Below, piece after piece: positions 50,345 to 59,923 of a stretch of DNA of 64,000 bases. The notes beneath the pieces were generated by a model, which did no database searches, was not told the DNA's origin, and worked only from the letters and a program-made list of their open reading frames with translations. The stretch lies in IMG/VR virus record IMGVR_UViG_3300026551_000002; one strand, written 5' to 3'. This stretch comes from an uncultured virus (IMG/VR IMGVR_UViG_3300026551_000002) (taxonomy: Duplodnaviria > Heunggongvirae > Uroviricota > Caudoviricetes). Every line of letters begins with the position of its first letter. Within the stretch, counting starts at the first letter, position 1. Position numbers and translations under genes: made by a program.

Positions 50345-50836
50345 TCATTCTCCCATAATGATAGCGATATACGCCCGTGTTTCACTTGGAATATGGCCTT
50401 TCCAATTAACACCATATTCATCTATCACACTATTTGTACGTTCATAACCATAATTATACGCACTAAGAGCCTTGGCATAGTCTCCATACTTTTGATAATA
50501 CCGAGACATCAATTGGGATGCACCTGCCAAAGATTGTACTGGATTCCAGGGATCGATGCCAAGTCCCGAAGCCGTATCGGGCATTATTTGCGCAATACCA
50601 ATAGCTCCTGCATGTGACTCTGCATTTGGATTAAATCCTGACTCCTCATTAATCTGAGCTACAAAGTAGTCAGGAGGGATGCCAGCATTCACAGCATCTT
50701 GCCTTGCCATACTACGGTAGTCAGTATCACTTTGTTGAGCAGAGGCAAATGGATTGCCACCCTGAGCTTCGATATACGCACAAGCAAGTGCAAGACCGAT
50801 GAGGCACATAACGAAAAAAGTTGCTGCTTCCTTCAT
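50345..50836 (-). CDS. Soluble lytic transglycosylase with N-terminal TM/signal
   Basis: EESGFNPNA, GAIGIAQIMPDTA, AYNYG, ETRAY. Confidence 0.92.
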   Translation of the reverse strand: MKEAATFFVMCLIGLALACAYIEAQGGNPFASAQQSDTDYRSMARQDAVNAGIPPDYFVAQINEESGFNPNAESHAGAIGIAQIMPDTASGLGIDPWNPVQSLAGASQLMSRYYQKYGDYAKALSAYNYGYERTNSVIDEYGVNWKGHIPSETRAYIAIIMGE

Positions 50837-51004
50837 GGCTTCACCACCGCTACATGAGCACCTGCCCACATAAACCACAGCACGACGCCGACGATGATAA
50901 ACACAACGAGGTGGAGCAGATCTTTTCGCACTGAGCCAGGGCCACGACTGCTACCCCACTGGGTGCCGAAATAGCCAAAGGCCACGATAATAATGATGAG
51001 GATT

Positions 51005-51608
51005 ATTGTCCCTGTAGACATAGGTATCTCCTTAGTGCAAAGGAGTCCTAGTCAACTCTGATAAAATGGAGACAGCTAGGACTCCGGTTTTAGTGATGGG
51101 CTAGTGGCAGAAGTTTTGGTCGGCCTATGCCACTAGCGAGCACGATGATATGGCGTATCCTTTCTACGCAAGAAAGCGAATAGCTACTATGCAGAGCACA
51201 ATTGCAAGAGCTACGAATAGAAATCCTTCAAGCATGTGCTATCTCCTTTCTAGCGACTACGACTTATCAAATACTGTTACAATTGTTGCCAGCACACCTA
51301 TAGTAAGTGTTACTATCGCGCAAATGCCTATAGTAGGTCCTACCAGATGATAGTAGGCCAATACTATGAAAAACATTGATAGTATCATGCCTATTATGCC
51401 TATTTTCACACTATCTCCTTTTTAACTCTTGAATATGAGTAGTACCACACTAAGCAGGAATACTACAATAGCAACTGCATGGTATACCTACAAACATGTA
51501 TTTTTCCTTTCAGCGAACAAGTAAATTGTATGGCACAAACAAGAATAGCGCTGTATATAATGATAAGAAAGATTGTCCCTATAGACATAGGTATCTCCTT
51601 AGTGCAAA
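51005..51608 (-). repeat. 37-bp direct repeat (51005-51041, 51572-51608) flanking tiny membrane-peptide ORFs
   Basis: ATTGTCCCT(G/A)TAGACATAGGTATCTCCTTAGTGCAAA, 1 mismatch. Confidence 0.9.
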
Positions 51609-51663
51609 AAATGCCTACAGATGTAAAAACCTGTAGGCACACTAATCTAAATACGATACTACA

Positions 51664-51852
51664 TCACACTAACACAGCAGTAGATACTAAAAGCGCATCC
51701 AGTGTCTCATGCCGAATCCGATAAGCTTGACGCTTTCCTACATGAGGAAGAGCCATCGCTTCTAATACTCCATTCTTGATCCATCTGCGCACAGTCGTAT
51801 CATCAACTCGAAGCTGTTTGGCAACCTCACGAACAGTCAAAAGCTCACTCAT
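51664..51852 (-). CDS. Excisionase-family HTH protein
   Basis: LLTVREVAKQLRVDDTTVRRWIKNGVLEA. Confidence 0.88.
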   Translation of the reverse strand: MSELLTVREVAKQLRVDDTTVRRWIKNGVLEAMALPHVGKRQAYRIRHETLDALLVSTAVLV

Positions 51853-51947
51853 AGAAACTACTCCTTTCAAACTATCTGAAACTACAATAACATTTACGAA
51901 TACTACCACAAATGCATGCAACTGCACAATACTACATTGACAAAGTA

Positions 51948-53320
51948 CTAAAAGCCATTCCATCTACGACGCTTTGTGCTTCCCTTTTGAGCACGTGTCT
52001 CTCTCATTTGTTCGTTAATTCTTTCATGATACGCACTGTTAGGGATATTCAATTCAGGTGGTGAATCTTTACTTAAACAACTGGCACAAGCAATATAATC
52101 ACCACCTTTTGCTAGCCCAACACCTACAGGCTTACCACATACTCTACATCTAATCATAATGCAGCTCCAAAGTACTACTGAGTACAAGAATGTCTCTGAA
52201 AGTCAGAAACCATTCTCTCACAATCAGGACACTTGACATCAGTAATGTCACAAATCCCCAAGATAGCCATTGTCTGTGGATCATTCAGATGTTCTCGCAA
52301 CTGCCTAGCCTCATCTGGAGAAAGTGTGATCTCCTTGTGAGCACCAAAGCCAGTATTTAAAGCAATGGTCAATTCTCCATGCCTAAAAGCACACACATCA
52401 ATTGTGTTTGTATCTTGGCTAATTGAAGCTGAGTACTCAAAATCGTTGGATGTGATCTGCATGATATTACTCCTTATTAAATCTAGAAGGGACACGAATT
52501 TGTGTAGCAGGTTTGATGTTTGTCATCTTTCCTGCACACTTTACACAAAAGTACAATTTTTGATATGTTGAGAGCAGAATGTATTGACGTGTGTCATGTC
52601 TGGTTTGTTTGCATCCAGAACAATAATAACGTTGTGCTGACATCTATTATCCTTTCATACACTCAGGACAACTACAAAAACGAGAATTAGGATTGTGCTC
52701 TATTGGCTTAGAAGGATTCCAAACATCATTCCATCCTTTGATGAAAAGCTTTTGTACTTGGATAGAACGCGTCTCACTTTGAGCTTTTATTCTTCCTTGA
52801 CGTTCATACTCCTCTCTTGGAAGGAAATACAAACCTTTCATAAGATCATGCAAACCCCTTTGCATGCGCTGATACGCTTGCCCTTCAGCACGGCCTTTAG
52901 CCTCTGCATTCTTCTGATTCACTCACTCACCTCCTGAGCCATTAAACAAATCTCAGACACATCTGTTTGATAGGATACAATTCGAATAGCTGAAAGTGCA
53001 TCTTTCGCTTGAATGATGCCATGAACTATCTTGTTCTCAAGTTTCTTGTTCAAATGCACATCTCTCACCGTTGCATACATCTGTGTAACTTTGTACTTTT
53101 TCATGATAAATACTTCTTTATCTTCTTGCAATCTGAGATTGCATGTACTCTACTGACAACTCTTTACCTGTTTCACTATCAATGATTTTTGATCCTGCCT
53201 GAGACTCTTTAATTAAATCATCCCAGAAAAGCATTCCATAACCTAACCCGTAATTATCCACATCATAGATATCCCCACTATTCCACCAACCAACACGAAT
53301 AACCTTTTTCTTGTATTCAT
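51948..53320 (-). other. Run of small early-region ORFs, several with CxxC pairs
   Basis: Coupled leftward ORFs with RBSs. Confidence 0.5.
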
Positions 53321-53347
53321 GATAAATACTCCTTTCAGAGTCGCTGA

Positions 53348-53815
53348 CTAGGCGACTCTTCTACTTGGCAAGTTACTAAGAAAGCTTGCCGTGTACGCAC
53401 TACGATAGTCTAATTTTATAATCTTAGGAGCAACAATTTGAGGAGCAGATGTTTTACTTTCAAAGTGTCTGACGCTTTCAGTAGTACTAATCTGCTCCGC
53501 AATTGCAACCTCTCCGGTAGAGAGCACTTCTTCAGCTTCAAGAATAGCTTGCTTGACTTGCTTTTCCTGAGCTTTAACGATGTTGGTTTTATAAATACGA
53601 GCATAAAATGCATTTACAATTTCCGTATGAGCACATGTCCCTTTGTGCTGATGGTGAGAACAGCGACAATGTGTCGCAACAGGAACTATACCTGACTCAT
53701 CGACACGAACACGAAACCAATCGCTTGCATATCCAGGAACATCCACATACAAACCTTTGCTATCTTCTGAAATTTCAAGAAAGTTCATTGCGTACATTGC
53801 ATAAGTTACTGCCAT
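53348..53815 (-). CDS. SWIM zinc-finger protein
   Basis: CRC...CAH. Confidence 0.65.
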   Translation of the reverse strand: MAVTYAMYAMNFLEISEDSKGLYVDVPGYASDWFRVRVDESGIVPVATHCRCSHHQHKGTCAHTEIVNAFYARIYKTNIVKAQEKQVKQAILEAEEVLSTGEVAIAEQISTTESVRHFESKTSAPQIVAPKIIKLDYRSAYTASFLSNLPSRRVA

Positions 53816-54161
53816 GGTATTTTCTCCTTTTGTGTTTTTGAACTACTTTAAATATGTTTTTTTGCAACTTCCTTTGCCCTAAGCATCTCCGCGTCTCGTA
53901 CGTTTTTCATCGGGACATGTCTACCGAAGTAACCAGTGTGTCGAAATCTAGAGTGAAAGTTCGCTATTCTCGATGCCCCTCGTCTCTGTATCCTCAACCT
54001 CACATACACATTATGCCATACATCATGCACTTTGTCAAGGGGTTTGCCAAGCAGTTTATCACGAATATAACATAGAAATAAAAACTGATAAAAACCTTGA
54101 CTTCTAGCCTGATAGGAAGTACACTTAGAATTAAGTTTCTAAGAAAGGAGAAACAAGGCTC

Positions 54162-54425
54162 ATGCCCACACTGAGAAGTCTACGAGAAGAAAATTACATC
54201 AGCAGAAAAAAACTAGCTTTACTGTCTGGTGTATCTGACTCTACTATCGTCCGAATAGAAGAGGGCAAAACCCATACCAATGAGGAAACTGCAATAAAAG
54301 TAGTAGAAGCCCTTGGTAAGGCAATAGGGCAAAATCTCACCATAGAAAATATTGAAGGATTGAAGCTCTATAACGCTATGAGGGATCGTAAACAAAAACC
54401 CAAAGAAGATAATCCGGCAGCATAG
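54162..54425 (+). CDS. XRE-family HTH regulator (repressor candidate)
   Basis: LRSLREENYISRKKLALLSGVSDSTIVRIEEG; divergent from the early leftward operon. Confidence 0.85.
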   Translation: MPTLRSLREENYISRKKLALLSGVSDSTIVRIEEGKTHTNEETAIKVVEALGKAIGQNLTIENIEGLKLYNAMRDRKQKPKEDNPAA

Positions 54426-54672
54426 CCCTGGCTGGCGATGCCAACAAGAAAAACTGCATACACATCGCCAGCCATAGCCTTGCCCAATATTCTACCAGAA
54501 TACATGCTCCAAAACTAGTCCCTAATCTTTCCCCATGCAAGGGGTTATGGAGGGGCATTTTGTTTGGGCAAAGTTGGTGGATAGTTGTGGGCAATCACCA
54601 AATTGTGTTAATAGTACTGGTTAGTTTGCAACTTGACTCATACTGTGTTATAATAATGTCAGGAGGTTAAAA

Positions 54673-54867
54673 ATGGATCAAAGCAAAATCCTTCGCCGAT
54701 CCTCTATTAATTTTCCAAGTGACATAGAGGAAGTTCTCAAAGAGAGAGCTGAAGTTAATAGACGCTCTCTCACAAAAGAAGTTGTATGGATTGTTGAACA
54801 GTTCCTTAAACAGGAACAACAAAAAGAAGCTGTTGCAACAGCTTCTTTGAAAGGTGAAAATGTCTAA
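54673..54867 (+). CDS. Arc-like ribbon-helix-helix protein
   Basis: SSINFPSDIEEVLKERAEVNRRSLTKEVV. Confidence 0.82.
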   Translation: MDQSKILRRSSINFPSDIEEVLKERAEVNRRSLTKEVVWIVEQFLKQEQQKEAVATASLKGENV

Positions 54868-55657
54868 CAACTACAGTCAGCATCAGTCTACCACAGCCCT
54901 AGCAGTTTTCCAAGCATTGCCCTTTGATGCTATCCGTCTCTTTGATGAGCAAGGCAATGAATACTGGTCAGCTCGTGACCTTCAGGAATTGCTTGGATAC
55001 CTAACATGGGAAAGATTTGAAGACGCTCTCGAACGAGCATCAATAGCCTGTAACAATAGCGGAGAAGAGCCTTCAGGTCATTTCGTCAACGCCGCGAAGC
55101 CAATAATTTCAGGAAAAGGAAGAGAGCAAGATATTAAAGACTACCATCTTACTCGTTATGCCTGTTACCTTACAGCACTAAACGGCGATCCTCGTAAACC
55201 AGAAATATCGGCTGCTCAAACTTACTTTGTAATGAGAACAAGAGAGGCAGAGCAGAAACAACTCACACTGCAAAGGAGTACATTCATCCGTGCTTTGTGT
55301 GATCCGCAAGAATTGCGTCAAGCAATCGTATCTCATGAAGGAAAGATACAAGGACTAAAAGGCGACGTTCAAATCTTGGAGAAAGAGGCAACCTTGCTCC
55401 AAATGAATGAAGAATTTCTCTATCCTGAGCAAGCTACACCAAGAAAAATGAGTAGTGATCCAATTGAGCAAGCAATTTATGAGTACCTTTCAACTAAGAA
55501 AGTACAACTTATGGCTAGCCAACTACGATCATGTTACACCATTAAGGACATGCCTACTGTGTACATAGCCCGAATTTGTATGCATATGGTAAAGAATGGA
55601 CTCTTGCAAAAGATAGATCCTATCCATCCACAAACCGCTTGTAGATTTTTCGTGTAG
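54854..55657 (+). CDS. DinD/BRO-N-like antirepressor
   Basis: EYWSARDLQELLGY, DYHLTRYACYL..NGDPRKPEISAAQTYF. Confidence 0.85.
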   Translation: MKMSNNYSQHQSTTALAVFQALPFDAIRLFDEQGNEYWSARDLQELLGYLTWERFEDALERASIACNNSGEEPSGHFVNAAKPIISGKGREQDIKDYHLTRYACYLTALNGDPRKPEISAAQTYFVMRTREAEQKQLTLQRSTFIRALCDPQELRQAIVSHEGKIQGLKGDVQILEKEATLLQMNEEFLYPEQATPRKMSSDPIEQAIYEYLSTKKVQLMASQLRSCYTIKDMPTVYIARICMHMVKNGLLQKIDPIHPQTACRFFV

Positions 55658-55850
55658 TTTACCGGAGCCAATAAAACATCAGTCAAGGGACCTGGAAGGA
55701 GACGGGTCCCTTTTTGTTGCCATCAAAGTTACACAAGGTATTCCCCTCGCAAGGTGGTATGCAAACTATCCTATACCGTTGACAACTGAACAATAATATT
55801 CTAAAATGTTCGATACTATTTACAGCTTCCAACGAACAAGGGATAGAGCC

Positions 55851-56717
55851 ATGACTGAAGACATTCCAATGAAGAAATGCACAGGACCATGTGGGCAAGA
55901 GTATCCTGCTACTTCTGAGTACTTCAACTCTGATAAAAACGGAAAATATAAACTAAAAGCTAGATGTAGAGAATGTTTAAGTACTTACAGCAAAGAACGT
56001 AACAAACGTCCAGAAATAAAACTAAGAGCACAAGAACGTGAAAAAATACGCACAAGACAATATAAAAGCAATTTAGAGCGCAGATCAAAACAAGCTGCAC
56101 GTAAAAAAGAACGTTACCATAACGATACAGAATATCGAACACGAAAACTTGCCATAGATAAAGCTTATCATAATCGTCCTGAAGTGAAAGAACGAAAACA
56201 TGCTTATAATCAAGAATATGGCAAAGAATACCGCAAACGCCCAGAAGCACGAGAAAAACGTCGAACTAGAGACAATGCAAGAAACCATCGTCCAGATATA
56301 CGCGCAAAAAGATTAATCAAATTTCAAGAATACCGTAACCGTCCAGAAATACAAGAACGCAGACGTGCCTACAAAAAATATTACAACAAACGCCCAGAAG
56401 TACAATTAATGAGCCGTACTTATAATCATACCAAACGTGCCCTTAACAGATCAGTCAAAGGTACCCATACCCATGAACAAATCCAAGAAAAGCTTAAAAA
56501 GCAAAAGCACAAGTGCTACTACTGCAAAGCTCGACTTAGAAAAATCAAAGGTAGATACATTTACCACATTGAACACACCTTCCCACTCAGCCGCGTAGTA
56601 GGGACCGATATACCAGCCAATAGCATTGACTACCTCGTGCTCTCATGCCCTACTTGCAACCTCAGTAAAGGCGATAAGTTCCCTTGGGAATGGGCAGAAG
56701 GTGGAAGACTCTTATAA
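55851..56717 (+). CDS. HNH endonuclease 2 (CTGPCG ribbon, repeat array, HNH)
   Basis: CYYC, HIEH, CPTCN, ends FPWEWAEGGRLL. Confidence 0.9.
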   Translation: MTEDIPMKKCTGPCGQEYPATSEYFNSDKNGKYKLKARCRECLSTYSKERNKRPEIKLRAQEREKIRTRQYKSNLERRSKQAARKKERYHNDTEYRTRKLAIDKAYHNRPEVKERKHAYNQEYGKEYRKRPEAREKRRTRDNARNHRPDIRAKRLIKFQEYRNRPEIQERRRAYKKYYNKRPEVQLMSRTYNHTKRALNRSVKGTHTHEQIQEKLKKQKHKCYYCKARLRKIKGRYIYHIEHTFPLSRVVGTDIPANSIDYLVLSCPTCNLSKGDKFPWEWAEGGRLL

Positions 56718-56841
56718 ATATTAAGCCAAGTTACACAAGACATCATTGCCCAATGGTTGTGCTTTTCCCTATTGACGTGCGAGTTACAATAAATGCATTA
56801 AAACGTGTAGTTTTTATACAAGATTTGAAAGGATTTCAAGC

Positions 56842-57372
56842 ATGAAACAACAATTTATGCTCCTCTTTGGATTGATCATTCTTACAGGAACAATTCTGGC
56901 TTGCGGAGAGAGTAACACAGGCACAACTGCTAACAATACTGGTAGCAGCACTACAACAAACGCTAGTAACAAACCAACTCAGCACTTCAAGATAGGTGAT
57001 ACTGTCAACGTCGGCTCTATCTGGCAAATTGTCGTAAGCAACGTCCGAACAGTACCACCGGGCCAATTTGACACACTCAAGTCTGGAGATGCCTACACAG
57101 GCATTGATGTCACCTTTAAGAACATCTCCAACAAAGAAGAGAGCCTTTATGGAGATGCTGATTGGACTCTGAAGGATACATCAGGACAAAAATACAATAA
57201 TGCCTATGTCTCTGATTTCCCCAATGCTCCAGAGGGCAAAGTAGAACCTGGTGATCCTGCCAAGGGATCACTCATTTTTGAAGTACCGAGCACTACTAAA
57301 CAATTTACGCTGGCATTTGAAAATAACTCTTTCACTTCAGGCCAAACCATATGGGATTTATCTACATCTTGA
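56842..57372 (+). CDS. DUF4352-like lipoprotein (superinfection-exclusion candidate)
   Basis: Lipobox ILAC, HFKIGDTV, LKDTSGQKY, GSLIFEVP. Confidence 0.8.
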   Translation: MKQQFMLLFGLIILTGTILACGESNTGTTANNTGSSTTTNASNKPTQHFKIGDTVNVGSIWQIVVSNVRTVPPGQFDTLKSGDAYTGIDVTFKNISNKEESLYGDADWTLKDTSGQKYNNAYVSDFPNAPEGKVEPGDPAKGSLIFEVPSTTKQFTLAFENNSFTSGQTIWDLSTS

Positions 57373-57422
57373 CATCTCTGCTATACTGGAAACCGCATGA
57401 TGGTACCGACTCAAGAGGAAAC

Positions 57423-57585
57423 AAAAAAGAGCCCTTACTGGCAAGAACGGGGGCTCTTTTTTGTGGGAACTTTCATTCAATTCATGGGAATATTTGCCCA
57501 ATTTGTGAGAAATGAAAGCTCTATTTGGGAACATGCCCAATGAAAAAAGAGCAACTGGACTCTGGCAAACAGTTGCTCTTTTTTT
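57423..57585. terminator. Two bidirectional terminators (57423-57462, 57543-57585)
   Basis: AAAAAAGAGCCC/GGGCTCTTTTTT and AAAAAAGAGCAACTG/CAGTTGCTCTTTTTT. Confidence 0.75.
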
Positions 57586-57631
57586 GCTTCTCAAGAAAGG
57601 AGACAATAGCCATGAGCAGTATAGCACACTT

Positions 57632-57700
57632 TCAAAACTAATCTTGATACTTCTTTGCCTGTTGACTCCACAAATAAGGCCAATACTTCTTTGATGCCTT
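57632..57700 (-). pseudogene. Remnant 3' end of the HTH gene 58877..59176
   Basis: KASKKYWPYLWSQQAKKYQD* versus EASKRYWPYLWSQQVKRYRDSQF*. Confidence 0.88.
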
Positions 57701-57701
57701 G

Positions 57702-57872
57702 CTACTCTTTTGCTGACAATGCCTTTACGCGATCTTCTTCAGTGTAATATCTACGATTAGAAGCTTTCCGCTTAGCTTTAAGTATGCCCAACCTATCCCA
57801 ACGCTGCAAAGTCTTTACTGAAACCCCCACAAGCTTAGCAAACTCAGTTGCATTGTATATTTTTTCTTCCAT
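57702..57872 (-). CDS. MerR-type HTH resembling the IS607 TnpA N-terminus (56 aa, not in ORF track)
   Basis: EFAKLVGVSVKTLQRWDRLGILKAKRKASNRRYYTEED. Confidence 0.82.
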   Translation of the reverse strand: MEEKIYNATEFAKLVGVSVKTLQRWDRLGILKAKRKASNRRYYTEEDRVKALSAKE

Positions 57873-57962
57873 ACACACATACTAACACCCTTGCACACTT
57901 CTGTCTAGATGTGCTATAATCACTTATGAACACTTATACACACAAATAAAAGGACAAAAATC

Positions 57963-58856
57963 ATGAGTGATATTCCAATAAAGAAATGCACCGGCGCGTG
58001 TGGACAAGAGTATCCTGCTACTATTGAATACTGGCATCGCAAAAATGGAGGTAAATATGGATTTTGTGCCAAGTGTAAAGCATGCGTAAACGAAGAAAAA
58101 GCAAATCAATATAGCGATCCAGAAAAACGCAATAAAGTACTAAAAATCAATAAAAATAGCTACCATAAACCTGATGTACATGAACGTATTCTTGCTCAAA
58201 AGAAAGAATACAGTAGTCAACCAGAAGTGAAAACACATAGAGAAACTTATAACAAAGAATACTACACAAACAACAAAGAATATATTCAAAATCAACATAA
58301 AGGATATTATAATCTTCCTGAAATAAAAGAACACAGAAAAAACCAAAGTAAAAAATATCTAAATAGACCAGATATACGTGAGCATAAACAAAATTACCGC
58401 AAAACATATATGAATCGACCAGGAATGAAAGCACATAGAAAAGCTTACATTGAAAAATACTATAATCGGCCAGGAATGAAAGAACGCAAGAAAGCTTATA
58501 TGCAAAAATATCTTAAAGAATACATGCTTAGACCTGGAATACGTGAACGTATGTATGCTATTGGACACGCCTACCGTGCTCGTAAAAAATCTATTAAAGG
58601 CACGCATACCCCACAACAAATTCAAGATCAACTAAAACGACAAAAGCATAAATGCTACTATTGTCAGAAAAAATTCAATAAAATTAAAGGTCAATCACAA
58701 TATCATATTGAACATACATTCCCTATTTCTCGTGTTGCTGGTACTGACATCCCTGCCAATAGTATTGAATATCTAGTATTAGCATGCCCTACATGCAACA
58801 CAAGTAAAGGAAACAAATTTCCTTGGGAATGGCCTCAAGGCGGAAGATTATTGTAA
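57963..58856 (+). CDS. HNH endonuclease 3 (CTGACG ribbon, repeat array, HNH)
   Basis: CYYC, HIEH, CPTCN, ends FPWEWPQGGRLL. Confidence 0.9.
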   Translation: MSDIPIKKCTGACGQEYPATIEYWHRKNGGKYGFCAKCKACVNEEKANQYSDPEKRNKVLKINKNSYHKPDVHERILAQKKEYSSQPEVKTHRETYNKEYYTNNKEYIQNQHKGYYNLPEIKEHRKNQSKKYLNRPDIREHKQNYRKTYMNRPGMKAHRKAYIEKYYNRPGMKERKKAYMQKYLKEYMLRPGIRERMYAIGHAYRARKKSIKGTHTPQQIQDQLKRQKHKCYYCQKKFNKIKGQSQYHIEHTFPISRVAGTDIPANSIEYLVLACPTCNTSKGNKFPWEWPQGGRLL

Positions 58857-58876
58857 TCAACCTTAAAACATGACTT

Positions 58877-59176
58877 CTAAAACTGAGAGTCCCTATATCT
58901 TTTTACTTGTTGTGACCACAGATAAGGCCAATATCGCTTACTGGCTTCCGTGAGATACACAGAATTAACCTCCATATCTTCGATACTCTGTGGAAATACC
59001 CTCCAGTGTGATTTCTTGGCACCTTTGGTTACAGGTTCTGGCATATGAGCTTGTACCCAACCATTTTTAATCCAATGCCTCACAGTCTTCATGCTCACAT
59101 GATAAATCTCACTTACCTGACGTACCGTGTAATAATCCTTTTGTACACGGATGTTATTTAACGTGATGTGTTGCAT
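58877..59176 (-). CDS. Excisionase-like HTH protein
   Basis: YYTVRQVSEIYHVSMKTVRHWIKNGWVQA. Confidence 0.8.
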   Translation of the reverse strand: MQHITLNNIRVQKDYYTVRQVSEIYHVSMKTVRHWIKNGWVQAHMPEPVTKGAKKSHWRVFPQSIEDMEVNSVYLTEASKRYWPYLWSQQVKRYRDSQF

Positions 59177-59458
59177 ACATATGAATGTCCTTTCTGTAAA
59201 ATATGATGGCTCCCTGGTGGTAGTGAGAGTGTCAAATTAACCAGGAAGCCAAACTAAGGAGACTAATCCTTTGCAAAGGTATGAATAGTATAGCATGGGT
59301 TGCAAACTACTCTATATCGCAATGAGAAGGTCAACAGATAGCTTTGCCCTATCATAACACCCCAAAGAAAAGCACATCTCCCAGGCCAATAAAAGAGATG
59401 TGCTTTACCATCCGTACCCTACTTGCAAAGATTATAGCATCCCCATGCAAACCTAACA

Positions 59459-59923
59459 CTACTCTACATAATCCGCAAGTGCTCTGATAAGATCAGGATT
59501 TTCTTTCATATTCCCCAATGCAGTGTTACAAGTTTTGCACAAAAGACCTCTTACCATTCCTGTACTATGGCAATGGTCAACTGCCAATGCTCGTATTTTA
59601 CCTTTTTGTTTTGCGGTTTCTGGTTGTTTGCATACTGCGCATAATCCATTTTGTTTCGCAAACATACAATCATATTGCTCAATAGTAATTCCATACTTTT
59701 TACGCAACTTTTGTTTACGTCTTTGTTTTGAATTATCTTTTTTACTATAATTTTCTCTACGAAAATCATTTACGCACTTCTTGCATTTATAATATAAACC
59801 ATCTTTAGTAATACCACTATGGTAAAAATAATCAAAAGTAGCATCAAGCATACGCCCACAAGGACCTGTACATTTCTTCAAAATGGGATTGCTGTCTTGA
59901 GAGGAAAATGATAAAGTATTCAC
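59459..59923 (-). CDS. Endonuclease VII-family nuclease with CTGPCG ribbon
   Basis: KKYGITIEQY..QNGLCAVC, LAVDHCHSTGMVRGLLCKTCNTALG; GTG start after AGGAG. Confidence 0.92.
   Translation of the reverse strand: MNTLSFSSQDSNPILKKCTGPCGRMLDATFDYFYHSGITKDGLYYKCKKCVNDFRRENYSKKDNSKQRRKQKLRKKYGITIEQYDCMFAKQNGLCAVCKQPETAKQKGKIRALAVDHCHSTGMVRGLLCKTCNTALGNMKENPDLIRALADYVE

Noticed and set aside
57702..57872. Intact IS607 element
   Set aside because: Only the HTH is present; no serine recombinase domain or TnpB
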